DNA from: a virus
Lineage: Duplodnaviria > Caudoviricetes
Length of the DNA: 45,888 bases
Reading direction: 5' to 3' (one strand)
Virus record (IMG/VR): IMGVR_UViG_3300010052_000193
Location: 1-45,888 of that record
Below, in pieces: positions 9,129-18,667 of this stretch. Under the pieces are notes generated by a model. It was not told the origin of the DNA, ran no database searches, and saw only the letters and a program-made list of their open reading frames with translations. Each line of letters begins with the position of its first letter. Within the stretch, counting starts at the first letter, position 1. The position numbers and the translations under genes were made by a program.

Positions 9129-9395
9129 TCAGCCTTCCAGTTCGGCGGCGAGTCCCAGCATCGTCGTCGCGACGCCGGCCGCGAACGCCGCGAGTTGCTC
9201 GGGCGTCAGCCCCTTGGTGAACTCCACGAGCGCGTTGCTCTGGTCCTTCGAGAAGTGAGTGGAGACTGCAAATATGTATTCTTGTGGATCTGTGTCGTGG
9301 ACCTTCAGGTATCGAAGGTCGACCTCGAATTCATGAGGATCGGTAAAGAGAATCCGGATTCGATCTGCGTCCGACGCGTCGATCGTGTAGGTCAT
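9129..9395 (-). CDS. Small hypothetical protein (88 aa, MTYTIDASDA...)
   Basis: ATG at 9395 fills the gap in the late operon. Confidence 0.55.
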   Translation of the reverse strand: MTYTIDASDADRIRILFTDPHEFEVDLRYLKVHDTDPQEYIFAVSTHFSKDQSNALVEFTKGLTPEQLAAFAAGVATTMLGLAAELEG

Positions 9396-9400
9396 TCGAT

Positions 9401-9784
9401 TTAGTTCGCGATGATGAGGATCTGGAGGCGGGTGCTCGCCGTCGTGGTGACGTACAGGTTGGCGGCCGTGGTCGTGCCGGTGAACGGGTTGGCGAAGTAG
9501 TCGCCGTTCCAGACGAGGGCGGAGCCGGCCTTCAGGCTGATGGTCGACGTCGGGCTCGACCCGCTGTTGACCTCGATCGTGCAGTCCTTCGAGGCGAGCA
9601 GGATGCAGCTCTGGAGATTGGCGACGGTGAACGCACACGGGATGGCCGAGTCGGTGACGACGCCGAGGACGGTGTCGATCGCGACGGCCGTCGAGCCGGA
9701 CTTGAACGCGGAGCCGCTGACCGTGGTCCCGGAGTTGGAGCCGGACTCGCTGGCCGTGACGCTGGCGGTGAACTTGTGGATCAT
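9401..9784 (-). CDS. Hypothetical beta-rich virion protein (127 aa)
   Basis: Ser/Thr-rich ORF tightly packed after the head-closure gene. Confidence 0.65.
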   Translation of the reverse strand: MIHKFTASVTASESGSNSGTTVSGSAFKSGSTAVAIDTVLGVVTDSAIPCAFTVANLQSCILLASKDCTIEVNSGSSPTSTISLKAGSALVWNGDYFANPFTGTTTAANLYVTTTASTRLQILIIAN

Positions 9785-9787
9785 GGG

Positions 9788-10126
9788 TCAGGACTCGCTC
9801 GGGATTTGCTCGGTCGCGGAGATGGTGAGTTGCACTCGCCGGCTGTCTTCGTCCTTGATCCCGTCGATGTTCAGGACGCGCGAGCCGTCCATCAGGAATC
9901 GGCCCGTGGGCTTCAGCCGGGCGTCGTAACGACAGGTGATCGTGTGCGTCGTGCTGGCCTGGACCTGAGAAGCCCAATACTGCTCGCGGGCGTTCAATGG
10001 GCTGACCATCGCCCATACCGTCGCGACGTCGGCGAACGACTCGACGGCTTGGCCGACGGAATCCTTGGAGATCGTCGGCTCTTGGTATGTGAGCCTCTGG
10101 CGGAACTGGCCGGGGTCGATGGGCAT
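9788..10126 (-). CDS. Head closure protein (SPP1 gp16-like)
   Basis: PGQFRQRLTYQ...ATVWAMVSPLNARE...THTITCRY motifs. Confidence 0.88.
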   Translation of the reverse strand: MPIDPGQFRQRLTYQEPTISKDSVGQAVESFADVATVWAMVSPLNAREQYWASQVQASTTHTITCRYDARLKPTGRFLMDGSRVLNIDGIKDEDSRRVQLTISATEQIPSES

Positions 10127-10722
10127 TACGGATACGACCCCCAGAAAAGGGACGCCGCCAGGCTGTCCAGCATGAAAGGCAGGGTCGCCACGATGGTGCC
10201 GGTCACGATCGGCTCGCGACGGTCATACCAATGGGCGGCCATGATCTTGACGCAGAGCTTGGCGACTTCGGGGACGTCGTCCGCGTCGCCGTATCCCGCG
10301 ACGAACCGGACGGTCACGGAGCCGGGCCGATCCGAAGTGGACGGCCACGAGTTGGCGAGGCGAGCGACCAGGCCGGGCGTACCTTCGGCGACCGCGTAGG
10401 TGCTCGGCGAGAGCGTCTGCTCGACGCCGTCGGGGTCGATGTAGTTGATCGACGAGATAGACTGCAACGGAGGGTACAGCAGCTTGATCGTCTGCGGGGC
10501 TCTGTCGTCGGTCGTCGGGAAGCCGTCCAACTTCGCGTCGAGCGTCTGCGTGACGAGCGACCGGCAGACCTTGGCTTCGAGGAGTTCGCGGGCGGTCTTG
10601 CCGAGCGATGCTATGTAAGCGTCCTCATTGTCGTCCTGAACGAATACTCGCATGTGCTGACGCAATTCAGCGAGCGAACAGGGCTCCGTGGCCGGCGGCG
10701 TGACGACCTTGTACTGCTGCAT
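10126..10722 (-). CDS. Head-tail connector/adaptor (gp6/gp15-like)
   Basis: PPATEPCSLAELRQHMRV...VTVRFVAGYG...AAHWYDRRE. Confidence 0.88.
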   Translation of the reverse strand: MQQYKVVTPPATEPCSLAELRQHMRVFVQDDNEDAYIASLGKTARELLEAKVCRSLVTQTLDAKLDGFPTTDDRAPQTIKLLYPPLQSISSINYIDPDGVEQTLSPSTYAVAEGTPGLVARLANSWPSTSDRPGSVTVRFVAGYGDADDVPEVAKLCVKIMAAHWYDRREPIVTGTIVATLPFMLDSLAASLFWGSYP

Positions 10723-10737
10723 GGATCACCGGCCTTC

Positions 10738-10941
10738 TTATCGGGCGACGGCCTTGCGGGCTTGGGCGGGAGCTGCGGATACGGCCTCGCGGACGACGGG
10801 CTTGGGCTGGGGTTCGACGTGCTCGACGGCGTAGCCCATGCGGACGGCGAACGCCGCGAGCGAATCGGCCAACTCGACGATCGCGCCGTCGCCGTAGACG
10901 TGCGTCCCGAGGACGGCCTGCGTGGTGAATCGGATCTTCAC
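10738..10941 (-). CDS. Small capsid-adjacent protein (67 aa, GTG start)
   Basis: GGAG RBS before GTG AAG ATC; typical short gene after the capsid gene. Confidence 0.6.
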   Translation of the reverse strand: MKIRFTTQAVLGTHVYGDGAIVELADSLAAFAVRMGYAVEHVEPQPKPVVREAVSAAPAQARKAVAR

Positions 10942-10997
10942 GATGGGACTCCGAAGGCCGTGGAGAGGGCCGAAACCCTCCCCACGGTCGGGATGGA

Positions 10998-12347
10998 TCA
11001 GGCGGTCAGGGCGTCCACGCAGATCGCCCACGCGGCCGGGTGTGCGACGTGCATGTCGAAGTCGACGGCGCCGGTGACGTTGACGTGCGGCTGGGCCGAG
11101 TACGGGTCCACGAACAAGTCGATACCCGTAAACATGCCGATGATCATGTCGGACCAGTTGCCGAAGCCGATCGCCGAACACACTCCGGAGGACGTGCCCT
11201 TGGTCAGGTTGTCGGGGGCGAGGCTGGTCGTCGCGTACTTGTAGCCCGCGATCATGTTGTCGCTGTCGAGGATGAACCGGGCCTGGCTGGCGACCTTCAC
11301 CGTGCCCATGAAGAACGACGCAAGCTTGGGGCTCAGGATGAACGCCTGCGAGTCGTCGCCGCTGTTCGCGCTGTTCACGTTGCCGACCAGCGAGAGGATG
11401 TTCGCCCACGTCAACGCTGCACCGTTGCTGCCGGCCGCCAGGACGTAGATGCCTTCCGTCCCGTTCGTGAACTTAAATAATCCCTTCACCGCACCGCTCG
11501 ACCCAGCCCCGTTGAGGCAGTCGCTTTGCAGCTTGTTGGCCACGGTTTTGACGATCTGGTCGGTGATGTAGTTCTCGGCCGAGACGCTGGACCCGAGCAC
11601 GAACTGGCGGGTCAGCTTGGTCTTCGCCTCGATCGAGTGGTACGTGAACGACAAGTCGTCGATCGTCGGGTTGCTGGCGGCGACGGTCGTGCCCTCGGTC
11701 GCGACGTTGCCGGTCGTGACGGTCGCGGTCGTGCGGGGCAGCGAGAACTGCTGACGCTGGTCGGTGATGAGCGACGCACCGAGTTGGACGATCGGGAGCT
11801 TCGCACGAAGAATGTCGATCATCGTCGGCATCGTGTAGTCGCCGACCGCACCCGCACCGGTCGAGGTCGACAGGTCACGACGATGGATGTTGTTCGGGAG
11901 CAAGTCCCGACTGACCGGGGCGTCCCAGGGGACGATCAGGCCGGCGGCCGGCTTGCCGCGCAGCTTCTCCAGCTCGCAGTGGACCTCGTACTCCAGGCCG
12001 TCAAGTTGGCCGCGCCCCTGGATGGCGTCGATCTGCCCCTGGATCGCTCGGAACAGGCTGTAGCCGTGGCGGCCGTTGCCGGTCGCGTTGCGGTCCTGGT
12101 GCGGGAGGATCGGCGTGCCGACCCGGCCGGCGGGCTGCTTGGCCAGGCTTTCCAGGTTGCGGAACTTGGCCTCACGCTGGTCGGCCTCGTTGGCCTGGTT
12201 GAACAGGCCCTCGGCCTCGGACAGGGCGTCGTCGAGCTGGGCCTTCTCGTCGGCGGAGACGGACTCGGCGCCCTCGAAACGGGACTGGAGTTCGCGAGCC
12301 CGCTGGAGAGCGGCGTTCGCCTGATTGCGAAGTTCGGTGGGATTCAT
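10998..12347 (-). CDS. Major capsid protein, HK97 fold with N-terminal coiled-coil delta domain (449 aa)
   Basis: CAGGAA RBS-like sequence before MNPTEL; coiled-coil N-terminus; IGFGNWSD...VDPYS...HPAAW. Confidence 0.92.
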   Translation of the reverse strand: MNPTELRNQANAALQRARELQSRFEGAESVSADEKAQLDDALSEAEGLFNQANEADQREAKFRNLESLAKQPAGRVGTPILPHQDRNATGNGRHGYSLFRAIQGQIDAIQGRGQLDGLEYEVHCELEKLRGKPAAGLIVPWDAPVSRDLLPNNIHRRDLSTSTGAGAVGDYTMPTMIDILRAKLPIVQLGASLITDQRQQFSLPRTTATVTTGNVATEGTTVAASNPTIDDLSFTYHSIEAKTKLTRQFVLGSSVSAENYITDQIVKTVANKLQSDCLNGAGSSGAVKGLFKFTNGTEGIYVLAAGSNGAALTWANILSLVGNVNSANSGDDSQAFILSPKLASFFMGTVKVASQARFILDSDNMIAGYKYATTSLAPDNLTKGTSSGVCSAIGFGNWSDMIIGMFTGIDLFVDPYSAQPHVNVTGAVDFDMHVAHPAAWAICVDALTA

Positions 12348-12384
12348 CGGGGATTCCTGAGATGTGGAGACGAGGCGGGGAAAC

Positions 12385-12999
12385 TCACTGGCGGGCGGCG
12401 ATTTCGAGCAAGCGAAGTCTCGACCGCCTTGTCCCAAGCCAATCGCGCCGGGCTTGGTCGGCAAGCTGCTGAGCACGCAGGCTGACGGAAGTGGATTGAT
12501 AAGCCGGGTAGGTCACGACCGAGACGTCGTAGAGGTCCACGTCCGTGATCTCGATCTCCTGGACGTCCTTGCCGTTCTCCTGACGGATGGTGACAGTCTC
12601 GCCGCCGCTCCGAGGGACGAAGGCGAAAGAGCATTGGGAGATGTTGCCGAGGCGGATGTTCTCGGCCAGGTCCCGGGCGATGGAGGTGTCAGGCAGGTCG
12701 CACTCGAATCGGAGGCCGGTTTCATCCTCGGTCAGCCGGAGGGTGCCGGACTTGGTACGGCCGATGATCTGAGAGCTGTCGTGATCGATGAGGGCTCGGA
12801 CGTCTTGACCGCTCGCAATCGCGTTCCTGAACGACCCGGGGCGGATGATCTCGCGGACTTCGCCATAGGGCGAGCTGTAGAGCGTGGTCCACACGTCGAT
12901 CACGGAGGCGTAGCCCACGAGCTTGGCGGGCTGATCGCCCTCTGCCCGAGTCTGGAGCCGTGCGTCACCGACCGTCCGGCGTTCCACGTTACTTGCCAT
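12385..12999 (-). CDS. Prohead protease, HK97 family
   Basis: LVGYAS, ALIDHD..IIGRT.SGTLRL.ED..GL, SFAF and DVSVVTYPAY motifs. Confidence 0.93.
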   Translation of the reverse strand: MASNVERRTVGDARLQTRAEGDQPAKLVGYASVIDVWTTLYSSPYGEVREIIRPGSFRNAIASGQDVRALIDHDSSQIIGRTKSGTLRLTEDETGLRFECDLPDTSIARDLAENIRLGNISQCSFAFVPRSGGETVTIRQENGKDVQEIEITDVDLYDVSVVTYPAYQSTSVSLRAQQLADQARRDWLGTRRSRLRLLEIAARQ

Positions 13000-14263
13000 C
13001 GGCGTTGTCCTTCTTCGGCTTCGTCTTGCCGGCGTCGGGCGGCGGCGCCATGCTCGGGGCTAGGTTGAGGGGGACGAGATACTCGTCGCCGCCGGGTCGA
13101 GGATTCATTCCCTCTCGGGCTCTGATCTCGTTGCTTGAGATCGACGCCGTGTTCCACAACGTCGTGTAGAGGGCGGAGCGGCCGGCGGCGTCGGCTCGCA
13201 GGGCGGCCGTGAAATCATGGCGCCAGGTGAAACCGGCGCCGACTTCCTCATCCGACAGCAGGCGGAGGTTGAGCGACTGTTCGAACGCCTCGGCCCAAGG
13301 CACGAGGCAGGACTGCGTGAAATCCAAATTCGATGCTTCGATTGACGCGTAACTTTCGCCGCTCTTGTCGCCCAATTTGTGCGGCGGCACGTTCAACAAC
13401 CGGGCGACGTCCAGCACGGAGAACTGACGAAGCTCCAGGAGTTGGGCGGATTCCGGATTCGCCCCTCCCTTCGACTCCAGGAAGTTCCAGCCGACGGGGA
13501 GCAACCCCATTCGGCCGGCTTGCTCGGGGCCTTTGTGCCGCTCGTCGACCGACTCCAGGAACTCTTTCCGGGCCTCGGCCTTCAGGTCGTTGGGCGGTTG
13601 GAACCATCCCGCCGAGCCGGTCCCGTTGCCGAGGTAGGACCCGCCGAACTGCTCGGCCGCGAGCCCCAACCCCAACGCTTGGCGGGCGAGTTTTACGATC
13701 GGATGGCCCGTGATGCCGTCGTGGCTGAGGCCGCTGAAGTGGACGATCTTTTCTTTCGCGAGCGTCCCGCCCGCCGTCGTGTAACGGACCTCGCCTGTCG
13801 AGGCGATCTGGACCTGGGTGGTCGCCGGGTCGAGCAAGAACAGGTAGATGCGCGAGTCGTCGACGGCCGGCGTGATCTCGGCGAAACCGCCGCCGTATAC
13901 GATGGCGTGCGAGGTGATCGCCGACCGCCACCTCATGCTGGTCGTCTGATTGTCAGGGCTTCGGCTGAAGATCGGATAACAGCGATGTTCCGTCGCCTTC
14001 CGCGTCACGCCGTTTTGGATCTGAACCAATTCCAAAGGGAGCGACGCGAGCGAGGAACTGATGACGTTGACCCCGGCGAAGAAAGCCGGGAGCGTCAGGG
14101 CCGTCCGCTCGTTGACGTTCACGCCGGTCGTGTTGACCGACTGGAAGCCGTGGCGGTTGAGGAACCCGTTGCCCATGAAGGTCGACGAGTTCGACGCGCG
14201 GGGACCCGGCGGCGACGATCGGAAGAACGTCGTGAATCGATTGAAGGCTTCGCCGATTCGCAT
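12989..14263 (-). CDS. Portal protein, HK97 family (424 aa, MRIGEAFN...)
   Basis: ISSSLASLPL, IVHF.GLS.DGI.G, ARLLNVPPHKLG and NEIRAREGMNP motifs. Confidence 0.93.
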   Translation of the reverse strand: MRIGEAFNRFTTFFRSSPPGPRASNSSTFMGNGFLNRHGFQSVNTTGVNVNERTALTLPAFFAGVNVISSSLASLPLELVQIQNGVTRKATEHRCYPIFSRSPDNQTTSMRWRSAITSHAIVYGGGFAEITPAVDDSRIYLFLLDPATTQVQIASTGEVRYTTAGGTLAKEKIVHFSGLSHDGITGHPIVKLARQALGLGLAAEQFGGSYLGNGTGSAGWFQPPNDLKAEARKEFLESVDERHKGPEQAGRMGLLPVGWNFLESKGGANPESAQLLELRQFSVLDVARLLNVPPHKLGDKSGESYASIEASNLDFTQSCLVPWAEAFEQSLNLRLLSDEEVGAGFTWRHDFTAALRADAAGRSALYTTLWNTASISSNEIRAREGMNPRPGGDEYLVPLNLAPSMAPPPDAGKTKPKKDNADGK

Positions 14264-15900
14264 TACATCCTCACCCAGGTGACCCGGGGGTTCTCGTCGT
14301 AGATGGGCTGGGGCGGGGCGAACGCCATGGCCGCGGCGAGGGCGTTCACGGACGCGGCCATCGGGTCGATCTTCTCGACGCCCGTCGGCTTGCGGAACAT
14401 GATGTTGTTCGTCTTGTCCCGCTCGACTTCGCAGTTGCTGGCCGTCCAGGTGTAGAGGGGGTTGCCGCCGTGGCGCCACTTCCCCTCGGCGATCAGGCGA
14501 TCCAGCTCCTTCGTGGCGGGCGACAGGCTGAGCATGCCCTGCCGGATCTCCGTGACCGGGACGCCCTTGGCCTGGAGATTGAGGTTCATCCGCTTGGCGT
14601 TGTAAGGGTCGACGAACAGGCTGGCGAACGGCTGCCCCTGGTATTCTTCCTCGATCGCCGACTCGATCATGTCCACGTCGATACGCGGCGTATGGCAGAG
14701 TTCAAGAAAGCCCTGTTCCGCCCACAGCATGAAGGGGATGCCGTACTGCTGGTGGCGGCGTTCGGCCTCCGCCTTGGTCATCCAGGCCCGGATTCGCACG
14801 TCGAACCCGGTGGACGGCGTCCCCGTGATGAAGGACAACGCCGTCATGTCGCGGCAGTCCGACAGGTCGGCGCCGACGTACGTCGGTTCCTCGGACGCGG
14901 CGATATCCCGGGCCGACCGGATCGGCTCGCATCGGTCCCACGCGGCGATGTCGATGAAGCGATTCGTCTTCTGGGACCACACGTTCAGCCGTCGTTGCTT
15001 CCAGTCCGCGAAGTCGCTGGGCGTGTTCTTGGCCGACTCGTAATCCGCCTTGAAGCCGGCCAGGCTCATCGTGTGGCCGAGGCTGGGATTGAAGCGGAAC
15101 CAGTCCTTCTCGCCGTGCGGGTCGAAGTCTTCGCCGGGCTTCGGCCCGTAGACCACCGCGCACAGGTAGGGGTCGATCAGCTCGCCGCTCTCCACCTTCC
15201 AGGCCCGCTGCGTCTGCTCCCACATGACCGATTCGCGGTCGTTCCCCGCCGTCGAAATGACGACCTTGAGCGGGGACCGGCGTGCGGCGCCGCTGCCGCT
15301 GTACACGTTCCAAGCTTTCCGGCGGCCCTTGGTCCACAGGTGTAATTCATCAATGCATACGCATGAAAGGCTCCCGCCCTCCTTGCTGTCGACGTCGCTG
15401 GAATGCGTGACGATCTCGCCCCCCGTCTTCGGGTAGCGGATACGCTTGTGGAACTCGCTCGATTCGAGGTGCTTCTTGAGGTAGGGAGAAGCCTTGATCA
15501 TGCGGTCGGCCTCTTCCCACATCGCACTGGCCTGCTTCTTGTCGACCGCCGCCAGCGCGATCCTCGCCACGGGCTCGTCGTCGCCCATGATCATGTACAG
15601 GGACAATGCACTGGCGAGTTCCGTCTTGCCGTTCTTCTTCGGGACGGCGATGAACAACTCTCGGTGGCGTCGCCTGCCCTCGGAGTCCAGCCAGCCGAAC
15701 GCCCTCCACAGGGCCGACTTCTGCCAGTCCAGGAGCAGGAGCGGCTTGCCGGCGAACTCCCCCATGCTCTGCTTGCAGATCCGCTCGATGAATTTCACAG
15801 GCCGATCCGCCGCCTCGCGATCGAACGCGTAGCCCATCTTGAGGGCCTCGCGGTCGCTGGGCGTGACGATCGGATTGAAGTTCTGGATCGTGGGCGGCAT
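14263..15900 (-). CDS. terL: Terminase large subunit
   Basis: Walker A VPKKNGKT, Walker B CIDELH, ISTAG, GADLS and KIDP motifs. Confidence 0.95.
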   Translation of the reverse strand: MPPTIQNFNPIVTPSDREALKMGYAFDREAADRPVKFIERICKQSMGEFAGKPLLLLDWQKSALWRAFGWLDSEGRRRHRELFIAVPKKNGKTELASALSLYMIMGDDEPVARIALAAVDKKQASAMWEEADRMIKASPYLKKHLESSEFHKRIRYPKTGGEIVTHSSDVDSKEGGSLSCVCIDELHLWTKGRRKAWNVYSGSGAARRSPLKVVISTAGNDRESVMWEQTQRAWKVESGELIDPYLCAVVYGPKPGEDFDPHGEKDWFRFNPSLGHTMSLAGFKADYESAKNTPSDFADWKQRRLNVWSQKTNRFIDIAAWDRCEPIRSARDIAASEEPTYVGADLSDCRDMTALSFITGTPSTGFDVRIRAWMTKAEAERRHQQYGIPFMLWAEQGFLELCHTPRIDVDMIESAIEEEYQGQPFASLFVDPYNAKRMNLNLQAKGVPVTEIRQGMLSLSPATKELDRLIAEGKWRHGGNPLYTWTASNCEVERDKTNNIMFRKPTGVEKIDPMAASVNALAAAMAFAPPQPIYDENPRVTWVRM

Positions 15901-15903
15901 GGC

Positions 15904-16332
15904 TCAATCGGCGAGGATGGATTCGAGGTCGTCGCGGTCCTCGGCGGCTTCGATGGGAGTCGCCCTAGTCCGGTCGACCGGCGTGAGGCCGAGGGCCTTG
16001 GAGTACCGGAGGATCGCGTTCTCGGCGCCGCTCAAGACCCCCCAGAGCGGGTTCGCTTTTTCGGCCCCTTCGCGGACGCTGACCACCGTCGCCGTCGCCT
16101 TGGCCAGCTCGGTCTTGACCCTGACCAACGTCGAGAAGGCCGAACAATAGCTGGTCATGAGGCCGAGGCATCCGGCATTGAGCGTCCTGTTCTGCGTGAG
16201 GACGACGACGAGCCTGTCCCATTCCTCGCTGGCCACGGAGTCTGCCTCGATGACCGGCGGCTTGCGGGGCGGCTCGCACACGACGAACGCCGGCTCGGCT
16301 TCGTGGATCTTGGGCTTCCTACCGCGTCCCAT
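15904..16332 (-). CDS. terS: Terminase small subunit (P27-like)
   Basis: MGRGRKPK, EEWDRL, YC.AF, NP, LGLTPVDR motifs; adjacent to terL. Confidence 0.88.
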   Translation of the reverse strand: MGRGRKPKIHEAEPAFVVCEPPRKPPVIEADSVASEEWDRLVVVLTQNRTLNAGCLGLMTSYCSAFSTLVRVKTELAKATATVVSVREGAEKANPLWGVLSGAENAILRYSKALGLTPVDRTRATPIEAAEDRDDLESILAD

Positions 16333-16669
16333 CGCGATCCTCTTTCCGGTCCTGACGCCAACGGGTGACCATGCTGTGATGCTCGTGGCAGAGCGTTTCG
16401 AGGTTGTCCAGGTCGAGCGGGGCGCCGCCTTCGGCGAGGTCCTTGACGTGATGGACGTCCTTCGCCGCGACGGTGAATCCGTTTTCGAGGCATCGCGGAC
16501 ACAGCGGCGACCGCCTCAAGGCCAAGGCCCGGCATCGCTTCCAGGCCGCCGAGTTGTACAGCTTCTTCCTGGCCTTGCGTCCTTCGTCCGATTCCGTCGC
16601 CGCAGCCGGCTTGAACTGGGGGATGCTGCCGTCGGGTCGGCCGGTGAAGTAGGGGACGCGGTCAGCCAT
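16319..16669 (-). CDS. HNH endonuclease (terminase-associated, gp74-like)
   Basis: PLCPRC...DVHHV...NLETLCHEHH. Confidence 0.9.
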   Translation of the reverse strand: MADRVPYFTGRPDGSIPQFKPAAATESDEGRKARKKLYNSAAWKRCRALALRRSPLCPRCLENGFTVAAKDVHHVKDLAEGGAPLDLDNLETLCHEHHSMVTRWRQDRKEDRDGTR

Positions 16670-16988
16670 TCTCTTGAATCTTGAGTCGGGCGTTGAGTGC
16701 GGCCATCTCCACGACCATCTCGGCGGCCTTGGCCTTCGCCGCGATTGCGTCCGACTGGTGCCGATCCGATTCCTGCTCCGCCTTGGCGAGGCGTGAGAGT
16801 AGGCCGTCGATCCGGGAGTCGTTCGACGATCTCCAGATCGCCAATCCGAGCGTGACCAAGCCGACCGCCGAGCCCACGGCGACGGCCGAGAAGTCCTCGG
16901 TCACAGCCGCATATAAGAGGCTCGGTACGCCCGTGACGACGCCAACGGCGAACGAAACACCGGGGCTGATCGAATCCATGAAACGCAT
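16662..16988 (-). CDS. Membrane protein with C-terminal coiled coil (holin-like)
   Basis: Two hydrophobic segments followed by a coiled coil; position before HNH/terS. Confidence 0.5.
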   Translation of the reverse strand: MRFMDSISPGVSFAVGVVTGVPSLLYAAVTEDFSAVAVGSAVGLVTLGLAIWRSSNDSRIDGLLSRLAKAEQESDRHQSDAIAAKAKAAEMVVEMAALNARLKIQENG

Positions 16989-17024
16989 TTGTCGGTTCCT
17001 TCCGCCGTCAACGGCGCTACGGTG

Positions 17025-17237
17025 TTACTGGTCGCCGTTGGGCGTGAGGCGCGACTTCGAGGCCCGGTATGCACTCAACGAAACCGTCAGCGGGTTGCCG
17101 GGCGGGAGGCGGTCTTCCATGCTCTGGAGGAAGCCGACGATCACGTCGCCGAGCTTGGCCCAATCGCTCGCGGGGATCTTCCCGATCGCCGTGATGAGCA
17201 ACGAGAACGCGATCTTGGCGACGGTCATCCACGGCAT
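17025..17237 (-). CDS. Small amphipathic protein (70 aa, MPWMTVAKIAF...)
   Basis: GAGA RBS-like sequence; hydrophobic N-terminus; possibly lysis-related. Confidence 0.5.
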   Translation of the reverse strand: MPWMTVAKIAFSLLITAIGKIPASDWAKLGDVIVGFLQSMEDRLPPGNPLTVSLSAYRASKSRLTPNGDQ

Positions 17238-17338
17238 GGCGATTCTCGAATATGAGGGGGTGGGGCCGACGCGTTCCCTCGACAAGCGGCTCGGAGAAAC
17301 ACCGCTTGTCACGCGCCGGCCCCGGGGGGAGGGGCTCG

Positions 17339-17788
17339 TCAGGCGAACGACCGTTGTTTGCGAGGTTTCTTGTCCTTCGCGCCCTTGGGTCGTCCTCGTT
17401 TCGGTTTGGGCGGGTCGTCGGGCCAGAGTGCTTTCAAGGTCGGCACGGTCGGCGGCGTCTTCGGAAGCCGTTCTCGCTGAGGCATCTCGCCGGGTCGGAC
17501 GACAAGCCTGGGATCGTCCTCGACCCCTGTCTTGCCGCACCGATCGCAGTACAGGTGCGACCCTGTCTTGATGGTCCCGACGCCGCTGCCTTCGCACGAA
17601 AGACACGTCTCGCCGCCGACCGTGCCGAAACCCCGGCATGCAGAGCATCCATGAAGATCTCGGCACTCCTGGACTGCGAACGGCTTCGCTGAATTCTGGA
17701 GCAGCTCGAAGTGCTCGTGCTCGATCGCGTCGTCCTCGAAGGGCTGCGGGGGCGGGCGCCAGTCTTCCCAGATGTTCGTGCGAGCCAT
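17339..17788 (-). CDS. Zn-finger protein with CxxCxGxG repeats and a C-terminal AT-hook
   Basis: CSACRGFG, CLSCEGSG, CDRCGKTG and KPKRGRPKG. Confidence 0.7.
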   Translation of the reverse strand: MARTNIWEDWRPPPQPFEDDAIEHEHFELLQNSAKPFAVQECRDLHGCSACRGFGTVGGETCLSCEGSGVGTIKTGSHLYCDRCGKTGVEDDPRLVVRPGEMPQRERLPKTPPTVPTLKALWPDDPPKPKRGRPKGAKDKKPRKQRSFA

Positions 17789-18261
17789 CAGGCCTGTTTC
17801 CTCCGAGCCTTCTGGGCCGACCCCAGGGCGACCTCGGCCGATCGAGCACGAGAGCCCAGCATGAACAGCAGCTTGCCGGTCTGTGCGGAAGTGCCGGCCT
17901 TCCGTTGGATCGCCGTCACCAGGTCCGCGAAGGTCGGCGGGTTCTCCTCGACGACCTCGGTCAGCCGGCGGTGATAGCGGCGACTTTCATCGGGAATCGG
18001 GGGCGGATCGAAGCCGGCGTACCTGCGGCCGAGCGTCGACTTGCCCACGCCGAACCAACGTTCGAGCTGGCGGACCGACGCACCGGCGTGACGCAGGTCG
18101 TCCATGAGCAGATTGCGGGCCTTGTCGTACGTCGCCCTGCTGAACACGAACTCTGCGGCCATGCTTTCCAAGACGAGTGTGTCGACCTGGATTCCGTCGG
18201 CACGGCCGAAATCCTCCAGGTCCTGCTCCGAATCCGGGTTCTCGTAAACGATCGACGGCAT
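17788..18261 (-). CDS. HTH DNA-binding protein
   Basis: ASVRQLERWFGVGKSTLGRRY HTH; GGGGG RBS. Confidence 0.7.
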   Translation of the reverse strand: MPSIVYENPDSEQDLEDFGRADGIQVDTLVLESMAAEFVFSRATYDKARNLLMDDLRHAGASVRQLERWFGVGKSTLGRRYAGFDPPPIPDESRRYHRRLTEVVEENPPTFADLVTAIQRKAGTSAQTGKLLFMLGSRARSAEVALGSAQKARRKQA

Positions 18262-18667
18262 GCTATCCCCCCCCTAATAAGGGCACGAACTCAGCATGAT
18301 GTGAGGACGTGATATGATGATAAATTGCAGAAGTGATGTGGCGACAACGAGTTAGGTTGTTTCCGGCGAACGCCTGAAGATGTCCCATCTCGTGAAAAAG
18401 GATGGCGGAGAGGTGGCAGGGCGTGGTCGCGGGGCGTGCGGAGGGCGGGAGAAGCGGGAAATCCAAAGAGCCGGAGACGCGGCTATGTTCGTCCATGATC
18501 AAGATGAATGCCAATTAATGAGGTCGTTCTTCGACTTGTGCTTGACAGGATCCTGAAGGTACGTGAAATGACTCCGCCGTAGCACCAGGAAGTTGGAAGG
18601 CGAAGCAAACGATCGGAGGCTTAGCCTAAGAGGCTGATTACCTTCGATCCCAGGAAGGTCCAAGGCC

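Noticed and set aside
477-9258. Long plus-strand ORFs (477-1970, 2219-3721, 2793-4388, 6351-7937, 7486-9258) and similar ones opposite the helicase
   Set aside because: Antisense shadows typical of high-GC coding DNA; no motifs, and they overlap well-supported genes
384-9395. Diversity-generating retroelement target in fibre genes
   Set aside because: No reverse transcriptase and no TR/VR pair differing at adenines seen in the window
1-16669. Gene transfer agent rather than prophage
   Set aside because: Linked replication, switch, xis/int and tRNA att site indicate a true temperate phage
16662-17237. Complete lysis cassette
   Set aside because: Only holin-like candidates; no recognisable endolysin in the window
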